From contig CAVSQF010000023.1 of assembly GCA_963729835.1 (NCBI GenBank), positions 155,739-219,738 on the forward strand: a stretch of 64,000 nt of DNA, read 5' to 3'. Positions 1-9,432 of this stretch are shown here, piece by piece (within the stretch, counting starts at the first letter, position 1; every line of letters begins with the position of its first letter). Both the position numbers and the translations under genes were made by a program. Below the pieces are notes generated by a model. The model searched no databases. It was not told where the DNA came from and was given only the letters and a program-made list of their open reading frames with translations. This DNA comes from an uncultured delta proteobacterium (GTDB lineage Bacteria; Desulfobacterota; Binatia; HRBIN30).

Positions 1-344
1 GCGATGTCGAGGCGGGCAGGCGCGAGGCGATTGCGTCTGGGTTTCGCGCCGCCTACGGCTACAATAGGGAATCCTGCGGCGCGTGCGCGACGGGATTCCT
101 CCGCCGGGTCGGAGTGCGCCATTTCAAACTCGTGGGCCGGGCCCGGCCCATCTCCGAGAAGATCGGATTCGTTCGGTTCCTCCGTGTCGTCCTGGACGCC
201 GAGTGGCCCGTGGAGGTGCGGCCCGGGTGCCCCGCGCAAGGAGATCATGGGGCTCCGCAGCCAGCACTGCCAGCGGGCGTGCGCCCCCGGGGATTGCTCC
301 TATCCGCCGCTGACGCGCCCCACCGCCGCGGTGAGGAGCCGCCC

Positions 345-1793
345 GTGAGCCAAGCCGCGCCGGCCGGCGGACGACTCGACCGCGTCCTCTACATCTCCGA
401 TCCGTCGGACCTCCAGCACTATCACACGGCGGCGTGGGACCGGATCTACTTCGGCAACGAGTGCTGCCACTGGCTGATGCCCGATGCTTCCGCCGTGGCG
501 GACGTCCGCCGATTCTGCGTGTGCGAGCGGGTTCCGTTCTCGCTGGTGACGCCGCCGCTTCCGCCGGCCGGGCTGCGGCGTATGGAGCCGCTGCTGGACG
601 GCTTGCCCCCCGACACCGAGGTCGTCGTGAACGACTGGGGGCTGATTCCGGCAGTCCGGGAGCGCGGGCTGAACCCTGTTGCCGGCCGGCTGCTGGTCAA
701 GGTACGCCGCGATCCGCGAATGGGTTCCGGCGAGCCCGTTGACGTGGAGCTCCAATCGTTTTTACGGCAGTCGAACCTCCGCCAGCCCGCCTTTCAGCGT
801 TTCCTCTTCACCGAGGGCATCGCGCGTGTCGAGTTGGACAACCTTCCGCAGGGGTGGGATCTCGACCTGCCCCCCGGACTCCACACCTCACTATACCACC
901 CCTACGTGATCGCTTCGGTGACTCGGAGGTGCAGCCTGCTGTATGGGGTGCCGTTAGATGCGGAGGGACGCTGTCGCGAGGGTTGCGTTGGGCAGGAGAT
1001 CCAGGCCAGTGTCCCGGTGAACAGCACGATGCGAAGCGGGCTGCGGGTGCAGGGTGCATTACTGTTCTTCGAAAACTCTGTCATCCCCGCGACTGACCCG
1101 GGGTGGAGGACGGATCGTCTGGTCTGGATGCCGCGGCCGCCAGCGATCTTCCGTCCGGGGTCGGCGATCCCCGAGTGGAACTCGGTGTACCGGTCTCTGG
1201 GTAACGACGTGGAATGGGGTGTCCAGCCGGCCAACCGGCGCCTCCTGGAACTCGTGGAAGCGCACCGCACCGGGCCGGCGCCCCGGACCCTGGACCTCGG
1301 ATGTGGCAACGGCCGGCACGTCGAGGCTCTCGCCGAGGCGGGGCACGAGGTCGTGGGCCTCGATGTCTCGCCGTCCGCGCTGCAACTCGCCCGCCAGCGC
1401 TGCCCCGGTGCGCGGCTCGTGCTGGCGAGCGCGCTCGATCTTCCGTTCGACGACGCGAGTTTCGACATGGTTCTCGACTACGGCTGCTTCCACGCTGTCG
1501 CTCCCCGGCGTCAGCCAATCTACTCCCGCCAGGTTGCTCACGTGCTTCGCTACGGTGGCATCTTGGCCCTGTTTGCTCGACAGCGCGGCGAGGATGTGCC
1601 CGAGGACCAGCCGATCTGCCTCGCTGCGGGGCTGCTTCCCGAATGGGGCTTTACCCTTGCGCAGTTGGATTCGCTCCTCGGGCCGGGCCTGGCGCGCCTG
1701 GCCGCGTTCGCCTACCAGGGTCGTGGGGATGAGAGGTTCTGGTACGTCGTCTTCCGGCGGACAAGTCTGACGGCACGGTCAACGCCGGCCTGA
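345..1793 (+). CDS. Two-domain protein: Cys-rich N-terminal domain (possibly U32-peptidase-like) fused to a C-terminal class I SAM-dependent methyltransferase
   Basis: In-frame part of ORF 114..1793. GTG at 345 is preceded by GAGGAG (333-338). The C-terminal LDLGCGNGRHVEALAEAGHEVVGLDVS ... LDLPFDDASFDMVLDYGCFH matches Rossmann methyltransferase motifs. The N-terminal half (RIYFGNECCHWLMP, EVVVNDWGLIP, TRRCSLLYG, GRCREGC) only loosely recalls the U32 family. Confidence 0.6.
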   Translation: MSQAAPAGGRLDRVLYISDPSDLQHYHTAAWDRIYFGNECCHWLMPDASAVADVRRFCVCERVPFSLVTPPLPPAGLRRMEPLLDGLPPDTEVVVNDWGLIPAVRERGLNPVAGRLLVKVRRDPRMGSGEPVDVELQSFLRQSNLRQPAFQRFLFTEGIARVELDNLPQGWDLDLPPGLHTSLYHPYVIASVTRRCSLLYGVPLDAEGRCREGCVGQEIQASVPVNSTMRSGLRVQGALLFFENSVIPATDPGWRTDRLVWMPRPPAIFRPGSAIPEWNSVYRSLGNDVEWGVQPANRRLLELVEAHRTGPAPRTLDLGCGNGRHVEALAEAGHEVVGLDVSPSALQLARQRCPGARLVLASALDLPFDDASFDMVLDYGCFHAVAPRRQPIYSRQVAHVLRYGGILALFARQRGEDVPEDQPICLAAGLLPEWGFTLAQLDSLLGPGLARLAAFAYQGRGDERFWYVVFRRTSLTARSTPA

Positions 1794-2050
1794 CAGGCGG
1801 TGCCGTCTCCGTCCGCGCGCTGGCCATCGACCCAACCACCCCGAACACGTTCCACGCCGGAACGAACGCCCGCGCGATCGCTAGGGCGCGCTCAACTTCG
1901 CGAAGGCAAGCCGGCCGTCAATGGCCGGCGGGTCGCCGTGGATCGCTCCGCGGTCAGGGTCCTTGAAATCCGACCCGGTTTGACTGTCTGGACAAAGCGC
2001 CATATCTTTACTCCCGGTGCGCTTCACTTGGGATACCGCGAAAGACGGCG

Positions 2051-2308
2051 ATGAACCTGAGAAAACACGGCGTTGCCCTGGCGGATGCGGTGCAGATCTT
2101 CGATGGGTTCACGATCACGGTTGAGGACAGGCGGGAGATGTACGCAGAGCAACGATTCATCAGCATGGGCCCATGCGGCGACGCGGTGCTGGTCGTTGCC
2201 CACCTCATCGGTGACAAGGGCGACACCATTCGTCTGATTTCAGCACGGAAGGCAGAAAGATATGAAGCACGGTACTACTGGCAAGCGTTCACGAAACACT
2301 GTGGCTAG
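2051..2308 (+). CDS. brnT: BrnT-family (DUF497) type II toxin
   Basis: NLRKHGVALADAVQIF ... EDRREMYAEQRFISMG ... LVVAHLIGDKGDTIRLISARKAE is the BrnT pattern. Similarity seems to continue upstream of the ATG (PRKTA), but I found no canonical start codon there, so the N-terminus may be eroded. Confidence 0.75.
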   Translation: MNLRKHGVALADAVQIFDGFTITVEDRREMYAEQRFISMGPCGDAVLVVAHLIGDKGDTIRLISARKAERYEARYYWQAFTKHCG

Positions 2309-2600
2309 CCAAATAGACATTCCGCCGCTGACGCGCGCACAGCTCGAACGCATGCGCCCGCTGCCAGAGGTTCACCCGAAGGCGGGCCAGAAGCTGCGGG
2401 CGCCGAGCACGGGGAAGACAAAGATCACGATCCGCTTGGACAACGCCGTGCTCGACTACTTCCGCGCATTGGTCGACGCGGCCGGCGGCGGAAACTACCA
2501 GACGCTAATCAACGACGCCCTGGTCGACCACATCCGCCAGCGCTCCGTGCTGGATGCCGTCCGACAGGTCGTACGGGAAGAGTTACGCAAGTCCGCTTGA
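2262..2600 (+). CDS. brnA: BrnA-family antitoxin
   Basis: Overlaps the brnT 3' end. KTKITIRLDNAVLDYFRALVDAAGGGNYQTLINDALVDHI is the typical BrnA C-terminal RHH-like region. Confidence 0.8.
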   Translation: MKHGTTGKRSRNTVASQIDIPPLTRAQLERMRPLPEVHPKAGQKLRAPSTGKTKITIRLDNAVLDYFRALVDAAGGGNYQTLINDALVDHIRQRSVLDAVRQVVREELRKSA

Positions 2601-2664
2601 CGCGAACCCGCTCGACCTATGGCGGTGGCCCGGCGGCGGTCCGGGCCACAACGCCTCGACACGG

Positions 2665-3555
2665 CTACTTCGCCCGCGCCAGCTCGTCGTCGATGACGGC
2701 CTTGAAGTTGTCGTACGGCTGGGCGCCGCTGATCAGTCGCCCGTTGATGATGAAGGCGGGCGTGCCGTTCACGCCGACGCTTTGGCCTTCCTGCTGCTCC
2801 TGCTTGACCAGTTCCAGCGTCTTCTTGTTGTCCACGCAGTCGGTGAACTGGGCGGCGTCTACGCCGCTGTCCTTGAGCGCTTCGAGCGACTTGTCCTTCA
2901 GGTTTTGCGGCGTAATATCACGCTGGTTACTGAAATAGAAGTTGTACAGCGTCCAGAACGCCTCGGGCTTTTGCTGCTTGGCGCACTCGCTGGCCACGGC
3001 CGCGTCTTGTGCCCACGGGTGCATGGGCAGTGGGAAATTCTTGTACACGAACTTCACCTTGTCGCCATAGTCCTTGAGGACTTGGTTTTCCATCGTCTGA
3101 TAGCCGCGGGAGCAGAAGGGGCACTGGAAGTCGGAGTATTCGACGATGGTGACCTTGGCGTTGCCGGGACCTTTGCTGACTTGGCCAGCGAGATTGATCT
3201 TCTTCATGACGCTGGCAAAGGGATCGGCGGTCAAATCCTCCAGCTCGCCGAACACCGCGTAGCGACCGTCGTTGGAAACCACAAAGCCGACGTCACGTCC
3301 GCCGGCACTCAAAACGCCGCTCTTGGCACCCTGAATGGGTGAATCCTTCACGTCCTTCACTTCCAGTTTCGTCGCCGGAGGGATGTTGGCCTTCCGCCGA
3401 TAATAGTCAGTGAGGCTCTTGGTCAGCACCTCGCTCGAGGCCCCCGGTTTAGCGGCTTGCGGTGCCGGAGACTCCCCGGCGCGCTCGCATGCGGGGAGGC
3501 CGCCGAGGCACACCGTCAAAGCCACGATCGGTAAACCAACACGGATCATCCTCAT
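2665..3555 (-). CDS. DsbA-family thioredoxin-fold thiol:disulfide oxidoreductase, probable lipoprotein
   Basis: N-terminal signal with lipobox-like LTVCLGGLPAC. CxxC active site FQCPFCSRGY. DsbA-like tail GVNGTPAFIINGRLISGAQPY. Confidence 0.8.
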   Translation of the reverse strand: MRMIRVGLPIVALTVCLGGLPACERAGESPAPQAAKPGASSEVLTKSLTDYYRRKANIPPATKLEVKDVKDSPIQGAKSGVLSAGGRDVGFVVSNDGRYAVFGELEDLTADPFASVMKKINLAGQVSKGPGNAKVTIVEYSDFQCPFCSRGYQTMENQVLKDYGDKVKFVYKNFPLPMHPWAQDAAVASECAKQQKPEAFWTLYNFYFSNQRDITPQNLKDKSLEALKDSGVDAAQFTDCVDNKKTLELVKQEQQEGQSVGVNGTPAFIINGRLISGAQPYDNFKAVIDDELARAK

Positions 3556-3582
3556 GGCACTCCTCTCTTCTGCCGCAGGTTA

Positions 3583-5238
3583 CTACTTGCCGCAGGCGCC
3601 CGCAGGCACCGGCGCGGCGGCAGCCGCCGAGTCTGCAACGCTAGCCTGGGTCTTACACGCCTCCAAGTCGGCGTTGTCCTTGCAGTACTCCTTCTGCAGG
3701 GCACCCGTCTCGATGGCGTTGAACTGACGGCGGCCGTTGGCAATGAACGTCGGGCTGGAACCGATCCCCAGCGCTCGGGCCATCTCGAAATCCTGGGCCA
3801 GGAGTTTCTTGCCTTCGCCGTCGAAGCACTTCTGGATCGCCCCCTCGTCGAGGCCTGCCTCCTGCGCGCACGGTTTCCATTCCGGGTCCCGCGGGTTCTT
3901 ACTTCGGCACGCAAGGTACTTCATGAATTGGTGGTCGGCCTTGTAATGGTCGCGGGCGCAGATCTCGCGCACGTCCTCATCCACTTCTGCCGGGCCGTGC
4001 ATCGACTGCAGGGTGGAGTCGCTGCCGCTCCCGATGAAGTGGACTTCGAGGGTGATCTCTTTCCCGAAGTGCTGAACGACGTCGTTGGCGGCGATCATCG
4101 CTTTCGCCCCGTATGGGCACTGCGACATCACGAACAGTTCCAGCGTCTTCGGGCGCACAGGGCGGCACACCAGTGCCTGCTTGCACTGCTCGTCATCGCA
4201 GTCAACCTTGCCGTCCCCGTTGTCGTCGATTCCGTTGTCGCAGATCTCGGCCGTCGGGTCGAACTGGCCCCCGGTGCGCACTTCCAGCCACTCACCGATC
4301 GGATGCAGGAAGTTCTTCACTTCCGCGTAGCCGTCCTGGTCCTTCTCAACCCCCTTGTCGAGCAGCACGGTGGGGAGGTACTTGAAGTCGGGCTGCGCCT
4401 TGCGTAGCTCGGCGTAAAGCTTCTTGCCTTCGTCGCTCATGTAATCGACATGCTTGACCTTCAGACCACCGAGCACCGACTTGAGACGCGGCTCGAGCGC
4501 CTTGATGTCGCACTTGGCGCAACGCGCATCCGACAGGAAGATCGCGTTGACGACCGGCGGCTCCGGGATGTTCTTGCAGACCTGCGGCTTGCCACCTGCG
4601 AATGTGTCGCACGTCGCCCGCAGGAAATCGCGCGATTTCCTGCCCCCTTGGTACGGCTGACCGTTCAGAAATATCGTCGGTGAGCCGCTGGCGCCACGCT
4701 GCTTGGCTTCTGCGAACGAGGCCGCGAGCAACGTCTTGCCCTCATCGCTCTCGGCGCAGGCCGAAAGCTTTGCCTCGTCGACGCCGATCTCCTTCGCGCA
4801 GTCCTTCCAATTGCTGTCGACGGCGCGCGGATTCTTGTTCTGACAGGCGACGAAATCGAGAGTCTTGGCCGGTGAGAGCTTGTTCACGCACAGCTGGAGG
4901 ATGTCGCCCTTGACTTCAGCCGGTCCGTGCATCGACTGAAGATTCGATTTGTCGCCGTTCCCGATGTAGTGGATCGACACCTCCAACTTGTCGCCGAGCT
5001 GCTTCTTCACGGGCGCCACGGCGTTTTCGGCTTGGACGCCGTACGGGCACTGCGACATGACGAACATCTCGAGCTTCGCAGCGCCGGCCTTCGCTTTGCC
5101 GGCATTCTTGGCCTTCGCGGTGTCCTTGGCGTGCCCGGCTGCCGCGGTTGCAACCACGACTCCGATCACAACGGCGACCGCCGCCGGCAGCAGACTCAAT
5201 CTGCATCCCCTGAGAAAACCATTCTTTCGCATCATCAT
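3583..5238 (-). CDS. Secreted or membrane-anchored protein with two tandem GILT/DsbA-like thiol-reductase-like domains joined by a Cys/Asp-rich linker
   Basis: Start moved to the MMM run at 5238 (AAGGA upstream). One TM/signal segment. Two copies of FVMSQCPYG...IHYIG(N/S)G...LQSMHGPAEV...C...LAC(Q/R)(N/S)KNPR...SSPT(I/F). Linker CDNGIDDNGDGKVDCDDEQC. Confidence 0.65.
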   Translation of the reverse strand: MMMRKNGFLRGCRLSLLPAAVAVVIGVVVATAAAGHAKDTAKAKNAGKAKAGAAKLEMFVMSQCPYGVQAENAVAPVKKQLGDKLEVSIHYIGNGDKSNLQSMHGPAEVKGDILQLCVNKLSPAKTLDFVACQNKNPRAVDSNWKDCAKEIGVDEAKLSACAESDEGKTLLAASFAEAKQRGASGSPTIFLNGQPYQGGRKSRDFLRATCDTFAGGKPQVCKNIPEPPVVNAIFLSDARCAKCDIKALEPRLKSVLGGLKVKHVDYMSDEGKKLYAELRKAQPDFKYLPTVLLDKGVEKDQDGYAEVKNFLHPIGEWLEVRTGGQFDPTAEICDNGIDDNGDGKVDCDDEQCKQALVCRPVRPKTLELFVMSQCPYGAKAMIAANDVVQHFGKEITLEVHFIGSGSDSTLQSMHGPAEVDEDVREICARDHYKADHQFMKYLACRSKNPRDPEWKPCAQEAGLDEGAIQKCFDGEGKKLLAQDFEMARALGIGSSPTFIANGRRQFNAIETGALQKEYCKDNADLEACKTQASVADSAAAAAPVPAGACGK

Positions 5239-5409
5239 GATCCTTGATCCTTTTTTGGGAATGCGCAGGTTGTTAGCACGCTGCCGTGTGCGACTCAACT
5301 CGTCCGTGCCCGTTGCGAATTCCTGCGAACGTTACGCCGCCCCCTACTTGATGCCGCCGGAACGAAGGAATACCTTGATGGGTAAGCTCACAATTAGGAG
5401 GTGTTACGT

Positions 5410-6108
5410 ATGGAAAACCCAGCCCAGGGGCGCGGCCCCGAGGGTCATGGACCCCAGGGTCACGGAGCTGAGAGGCAGTGGCCACTGCCTCGTTTGAACG
5501 AACCGGCGCCGGATTTTCAGGCGACGTCGACGCAAGGCCCGATCAAGCTCTCCGATTACAGAGGGAAGTGGGTGGTGCTCTTCTCCCATCCCGCCGATTT
5601 CACGCCGGTGTGTACCACCGAGCTGACGGAGTTTGCGCGGCGCCAGGAGGAATTCAAAAAGCACAATGTCCAGCTGATCGGTCTCAGCGTGGATAGTGTG
5701 TATTCCCACATCGCGTGGATCCGCAACATGGAGCAGCACTTCGGGGTCAAGATCGGCTACCCGCTGATCGCGGATCTCAACACGAAGGTGGCGGAACTGT
5801 ACGGCATGATCCACCCCGGCGCCAGCACGACGGCAACGGTACGCTGCGTGTTCATCATCGACGATGAAGGCACCTTGCGTGCCATGATTTATTATCCGCT
5901 GACGAACGGACGCAGCGTCGACGAAATCCTGCGCATCGTGCAGGGGCTGCAGCTCAATAAGACCAAGGGCGTGGCGACGCCCGAAGGGTGGCGTCCGGGT
6001 CAAAAAGTCATCGTGCCGCCGCCGGTCACCGCAGCCGGGGCAGAAGAACGCGCGCACGACAAGAACCTGGAAGTGACGGACTGGTACTTCGTAAAAAAAG
6101 TGGCCTGA
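5410..6108 (+). CDS. 1-Cys peroxiredoxin (Prx6-type)
   Basis: APDFQATSTQGPIKLSDYRGKWVVLFSHPADFTPVCTTEL and GRSVDEILRIVQGLQ. ATG 5410 lies 8 nt after AGGAGG (5396-5401). The true start could be further downstream. Confidence 0.9.
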   Translation: MENPAQGRGPEGHGPQGHGAERQWPLPRLNEPAPDFQATSTQGPIKLSDYRGKWVVLFSHPADFTPVCTTELTEFARRQEEFKKHNVQLIGLSVDSVYSHIAWIRNMEQHFGVKIGYPLIADLNTKVAELYGMIHPGASTTATVRCVFIIDDEGTLRAMIYYPLTNGRSVDEILRIVQGLQLNKTKGVATPEGWRPGQKVIVPPPVTAAGAEERAHDKNLEVTDWYFVKKVA

Positions 6109-6219
6109 GAGCTGCGCCCCGCGTCTGTGCGGCGGGCCCGCTCCCGTTGGTCGCTGCGAATGTCTGCGGGAAACTGTCCGTCATGCACCAGGCGCCCGAT
6201 TCGATGAGCAGACTCTGAG
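6109..6219 (+). repeat. Copy A of an approximately 110-nt intergenic element that starts directly after a stop codon
   Basis: About 80 percent identical by hand alignment to 23551-23660, in the same orientation. The shared core is GCGGCGGG(C/T)CCGCTCCCGTTGGTCGCTGC. Confidence 0.7.
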
Positions 6220-6302
6220 GCTTGATTTGCGCTGCGTGATGCGTGAGAAGAGAAACCCTGGTTGCCAGGTGCACGCATCACGCAGCACGTTTCAACTCCT
6301 CA

Positions 6303-8885
6303 ATGTACCGCCGCGCCCCGTTCATCTGGACTGCGAAACAAGAGATCGATGCGGGCGGTTTGTGGCGGGTATTCCTCGGCGGACCGCAACGGCGCAAGGA
6401 CGGGACGAACCGGTGGTTCCTCTTCCGCCGCCTGTTCGATCTCCCCGGCGCGGCAGATGACGCGCGCCTGACCATCACCGTCGACGGACGGTATCTGCTG
6501 TTCATCAACGGGGCGTACCTCGGACGCGGACCCGCGCGCTGCGATCCGCTCTACCAGCGGACGGACACGTACGAGATCGCGGCACATCTGCGGCCTGGCG
6601 TGAACGTGATCGCCGTACTCGTGCACGTCTACGGCGTCGACACCGCGTGGTACCAAACGGTGAAAGGCCAGTGGCAGCCCGTCTTCGGCGACGGCGGGCT
6701 CCACTGTGATGCGTCGATTCGCTGCGGTGACGTGACGATCGATCTGCTGTCGGACGAGCATTGGCGATGTATGGAGTGCAGCGCGTGGCGTACCGACACG
6801 CCGCGTGTGAACTGGGGCCTGGGCTTCATCGAAGTGCACGATGCCCGCAACATGCCGACCGATTGGACCGCGCCGGAGTTCGATGATTCCGGATGGGAGC
6901 GCGTTCAGGTGCTGTCCGCGGGGGGCGGTCCTCCGGACGCACCGTTCGGAGGGATGAAGATCGAGCCGTTTCCAACTTTGCTCCCACGCTCGATTCCGTT
7001 TCTCCTCGAAGCACCGCTCGCACCCGAGCGTGTCGTGCGCTGGTACGGGGTCGTGCCGCAGCCCCAGCTTCCTGTCGACCAGCAGCTCTATGACGAAGCC
7101 CTCGTGCCGATCTCTTGGAACCAGGTAGATGACCCCGAGGCCTTGCTGGGTCCGAACGAGCATGCCACGACCGTCCGCGCGACTGTGGAGCGGGACGTCT
7201 CCGTGCTGCTCGACTTCGGCCGCATTCACTCCGGCTATCCGTTCATCGAGTTGGAGGCCATGGGTGGCGAAGTGATCGACGTTGCCGTTGCGGAAAGCAT
7301 CCCCGGGGAATGGGACGCCGCGCAACCGGAAATGCCGCGCCTCCACAGGGAACATGGGCATGGCGCGCACCTGTTCCGCTACATCGCACGCCCCGGCGTG
7401 CAGCGCTTCCAGCGCTTCGAGTGGACGGCGGTCCGTTACGCCCAGGTCACCGTTCGCAATGCACCGCGCGGGTTGCGCATCCGTCATGTCGGTTCCACAT
7501 TCACGCGCTACCCTGTGCAGGAGCGCGGTGCCTTCGAGTGCTCCGATCCATTGCTCAATCGGTTGTGGGACGTCGGCCGCTACACGTTGCAGCAGTGCAT
7601 GCATGACGGCTGGGAGGATTGCCCGGGCCGCGAGCAACGCCAATGGCTGGGTGACGCCACGGTCGAGTTTCTCGTCGGCCAAGCCGCGTTCGGCGCGAGT
7701 GTCAACGCGCTGAATCGCCAGTTCCTGCAGCACGCCGCCGAGAGCCAGCGGCCCGACGGGCTCACCCAGATGTTCGCCCCCGGTGATCACCGCACCAATG
7801 CCGTGCTGATCGCCGATTGGACACTGCAGTGGATTTTGAACGCCGACTTCCACCTGCTGTACACCGGCGACAGCGACACCATCGAAGCGATCTTGCCTGC
7901 AATCCAGCGTGCCCTCGCATGGTTCGAGCGCCAGCTCGGGCCCAATGATTTGGTTGCCGAGGTGCCGTACTGGCATTTCATGGACTGGGCCGCGTTGGGG
8001 CGACACGGTGAGGCCGCGCCGTTCAATGCGTTGTTGGCCGGCGCGCTCCAAGCAGCGGCGCGGCTGGCGCGTGCCGTCGACGCGCCGCGGGTTGCAACGC
8101 GCTACACACACCTCGCCGCGCGCATCGCCGCGGCGCTCAATCGCCGGCACTGGGATGCGTCGCGCGGCGTTTACGTCGACGTCATCGATCCCGCCTCGGG
8201 GACGCAGGAGCCGCGCGTTTCGCAGCATGCGAACGCCGGGTTGATTCTGTGGGACATCGCGCCGCGGGAACGTTGGGAGTCAATGGTCGCGTGGATCACC
8301 GATCCGGGCCGACTGAAGTTCACGGCGGCGCCGCCGATCGCGCCCACCGGTGAGCCGTTCGAGCCGGGGCGTGACGTCGTCCTGGCCAACACGTTCTTCA
8401 GCCATTTCGTGTACCGGGCGTTGTGTCGGGCCGGCCGCTTCGATCTCGCTCTGGCGCTCATGCGCGAGCGTTACGGCCGCATGCTGCAACGCGGGGCAAC
8501 GACGCTCTGGGAAAGCTTCGCGCCGACCGCCAGCTTGTGCCACGGTTTCTCCGCCACGCCGGTGTATCAGCTGTCGACCGAGGTGCTCGGGATTTATCCT
8601 CTGGCGCCCGGCTTCGCCCGCTTTCGCTGCGCGCCCCAGCCCGCAGATCTCACCTACGCGCGCGGCGTGTTTCCCACGGTCCGGGGAGACATCGGCGTTG
8701 CATGGGAGCGCACAGGTAGTGACATCGCACTGGAAGTGAGCGTTCCGGAAGGAGCGCAAGCCGAGTTGCGCTCCCCGGCCGGTTACCGCCTCCATCCCGG
8801 CGATACGTTGGCCGGTTCGGGAGTGCACCGCGTGAAAATGGAGGCGTGCGGCGAATCACCGCCATCGCGCGCGGGTGGCGGGTAA
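6303..8885 (+). CDS. Glycoside hydrolase family 78-like (alpha-L-rhamnosidase-type six-hairpin glycosidase)
   Basis: WEDCPGREQRQWLGDA motif, an (alpha/alpha)6-like central region and the length fit bacterial rhamnosidase-like enzymes. Start taken at ATG 6303. Confidence 0.7.
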   Translation: MYRRAPFIWTAKQEIDAGGLWRVFLGGPQRRKDGTNRWFLFRRLFDLPGAADDARLTITVDGRYLLFINGAYLGRGPARCDPLYQRTDTYEIAAHLRPGVNVIAVLVHVYGVDTAWYQTVKGQWQPVFGDGGLHCDASIRCGDVTIDLLSDEHWRCMECSAWRTDTPRVNWGLGFIEVHDARNMPTDWTAPEFDDSGWERVQVLSAGGGPPDAPFGGMKIEPFPTLLPRSIPFLLEAPLAPERVVRWYGVVPQPQLPVDQQLYDEALVPISWNQVDDPEALLGPNEHATTVRATVERDVSVLLDFGRIHSGYPFIELEAMGGEVIDVAVAESIPGEWDAAQPEMPRLHREHGHGAHLFRYIARPGVQRFQRFEWTAVRYAQVTVRNAPRGLRIRHVGSTFTRYPVQERGAFECSDPLLNRLWDVGRYTLQQCMHDGWEDCPGREQRQWLGDATVEFLVGQAAFGASVNALNRQFLQHAAESQRPDGLTQMFAPGDHRTNAVLIADWTLQWILNADFHLLYTGDSDTIEAILPAIQRALAWFERQLGPNDLVAEVPYWHFMDWAALGRHGEAAPFNALLAGALQAAARLARAVDAPRVATRYTHLAARIAAALNRRHWDASRGVYVDVIDPASGTQEPRVSQHANAGLILWDIAPRERWESMVAWITDPGRLKFTAAPPIAPTGEPFEPGRDVVLANTFFSHFVYRALCRAGRFDLALALMRERYGRMLQRGATTLWESFAPTASLCHGFSATPVYQLSTEVLGIYPLAPGFARFRCAPQPADLTYARGVFPTVRGDIGVAWERTGSDIALEVSVPEGAQAELRSPAGYRLHPGDTLAGSGVHRVKMEACGESPPSRAGGG

Positions 8886-8908
8886 AGGGCTTGTACCGGC
8901 AGTGCGCC

Positions 8909-9301
8909 TCAGCCGACGCCGAGCAGCGGCGCGAGCGGGGTGCGATCGAAGCAGACCTCGTTGCGCGCGATGCGACCGTCACGCACCGCGACCAGATCCA
9001 TCCCGTCGATGCCGACGGTGGTCTCGCCGCCCGGGTGCTGGAACGTCGCGTGCCACAGCACGGCGCAGCCGGCGCGGTCGTCGAAGAGATGTGCTTCACG
9101 CAGCGCCCAGTGCATCTTCCAGCCGGTGAAGAGCTTGCTCAGGTAGCGACGCATCGCGTCGGCACCGCGGACCGCGCCGCGCGTGTTCGGATCGCGGTAT
9201 TCGAGATCGGCGGTGTAGCAGCCGAGCACCTGTTCCACGTCCTGGGTGTTCCAGGCGGCGAGAAACCGTTCCGCCAGGGCCAGCATCGTGTCTCGATCCA
9301 T
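8909..9301 (-). CDS. SnoaL-like / NTF2-fold protein
   Basis: MDRDTMLALAERFLAAWNTQDVEQVLGCYTADLEYRD ... GMDLVAVRDGRIARNEVCFD. GGAGGG lies upstream of ATG 9301. Confidence 0.75.
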   Translation of the reverse strand: MDRDTMLALAERFLAAWNTQDVEQVLGCYTADLEYRDPNTRGAVRGADAMRRYLSKLFTGWKMHWALREAHLFDDRAGCAVLWHATFQHPGGETTVGIDGMDLVAVRDGRIARNEVCFDRTPLAPLLGVG

Positions 9302-9432
9302 TTTTCCCTCCTTCTCTTCAATTTCGACCGCATCACGAACCGGCGTCAACGCGGTATGGCTTGCTACCCTATGCCGGCGGGTATCGGCCCGCCCTCAGAA
9401 GTGGTCGCGGAGTCGGCGCGACGGCCGGCCGG

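Noticed and set aside
6109-6219. Protein-coding extension or small ORF within the repeated 110-nt element
   Set aside because: There is no usable start codon. Only 5 synonymous against about 14 non-synonymous codon differences separate the copies. Copy A ends at a TGA where copy B reads through. Minus-strand frames carry stops in copy B.
6300-8228. 642-aa minus-strand ORF
   Set aside because: It is antisense to the GH78-like gene and has Arg/Ala/Gly-rich composition typical of a GC-bias shadow ORF.
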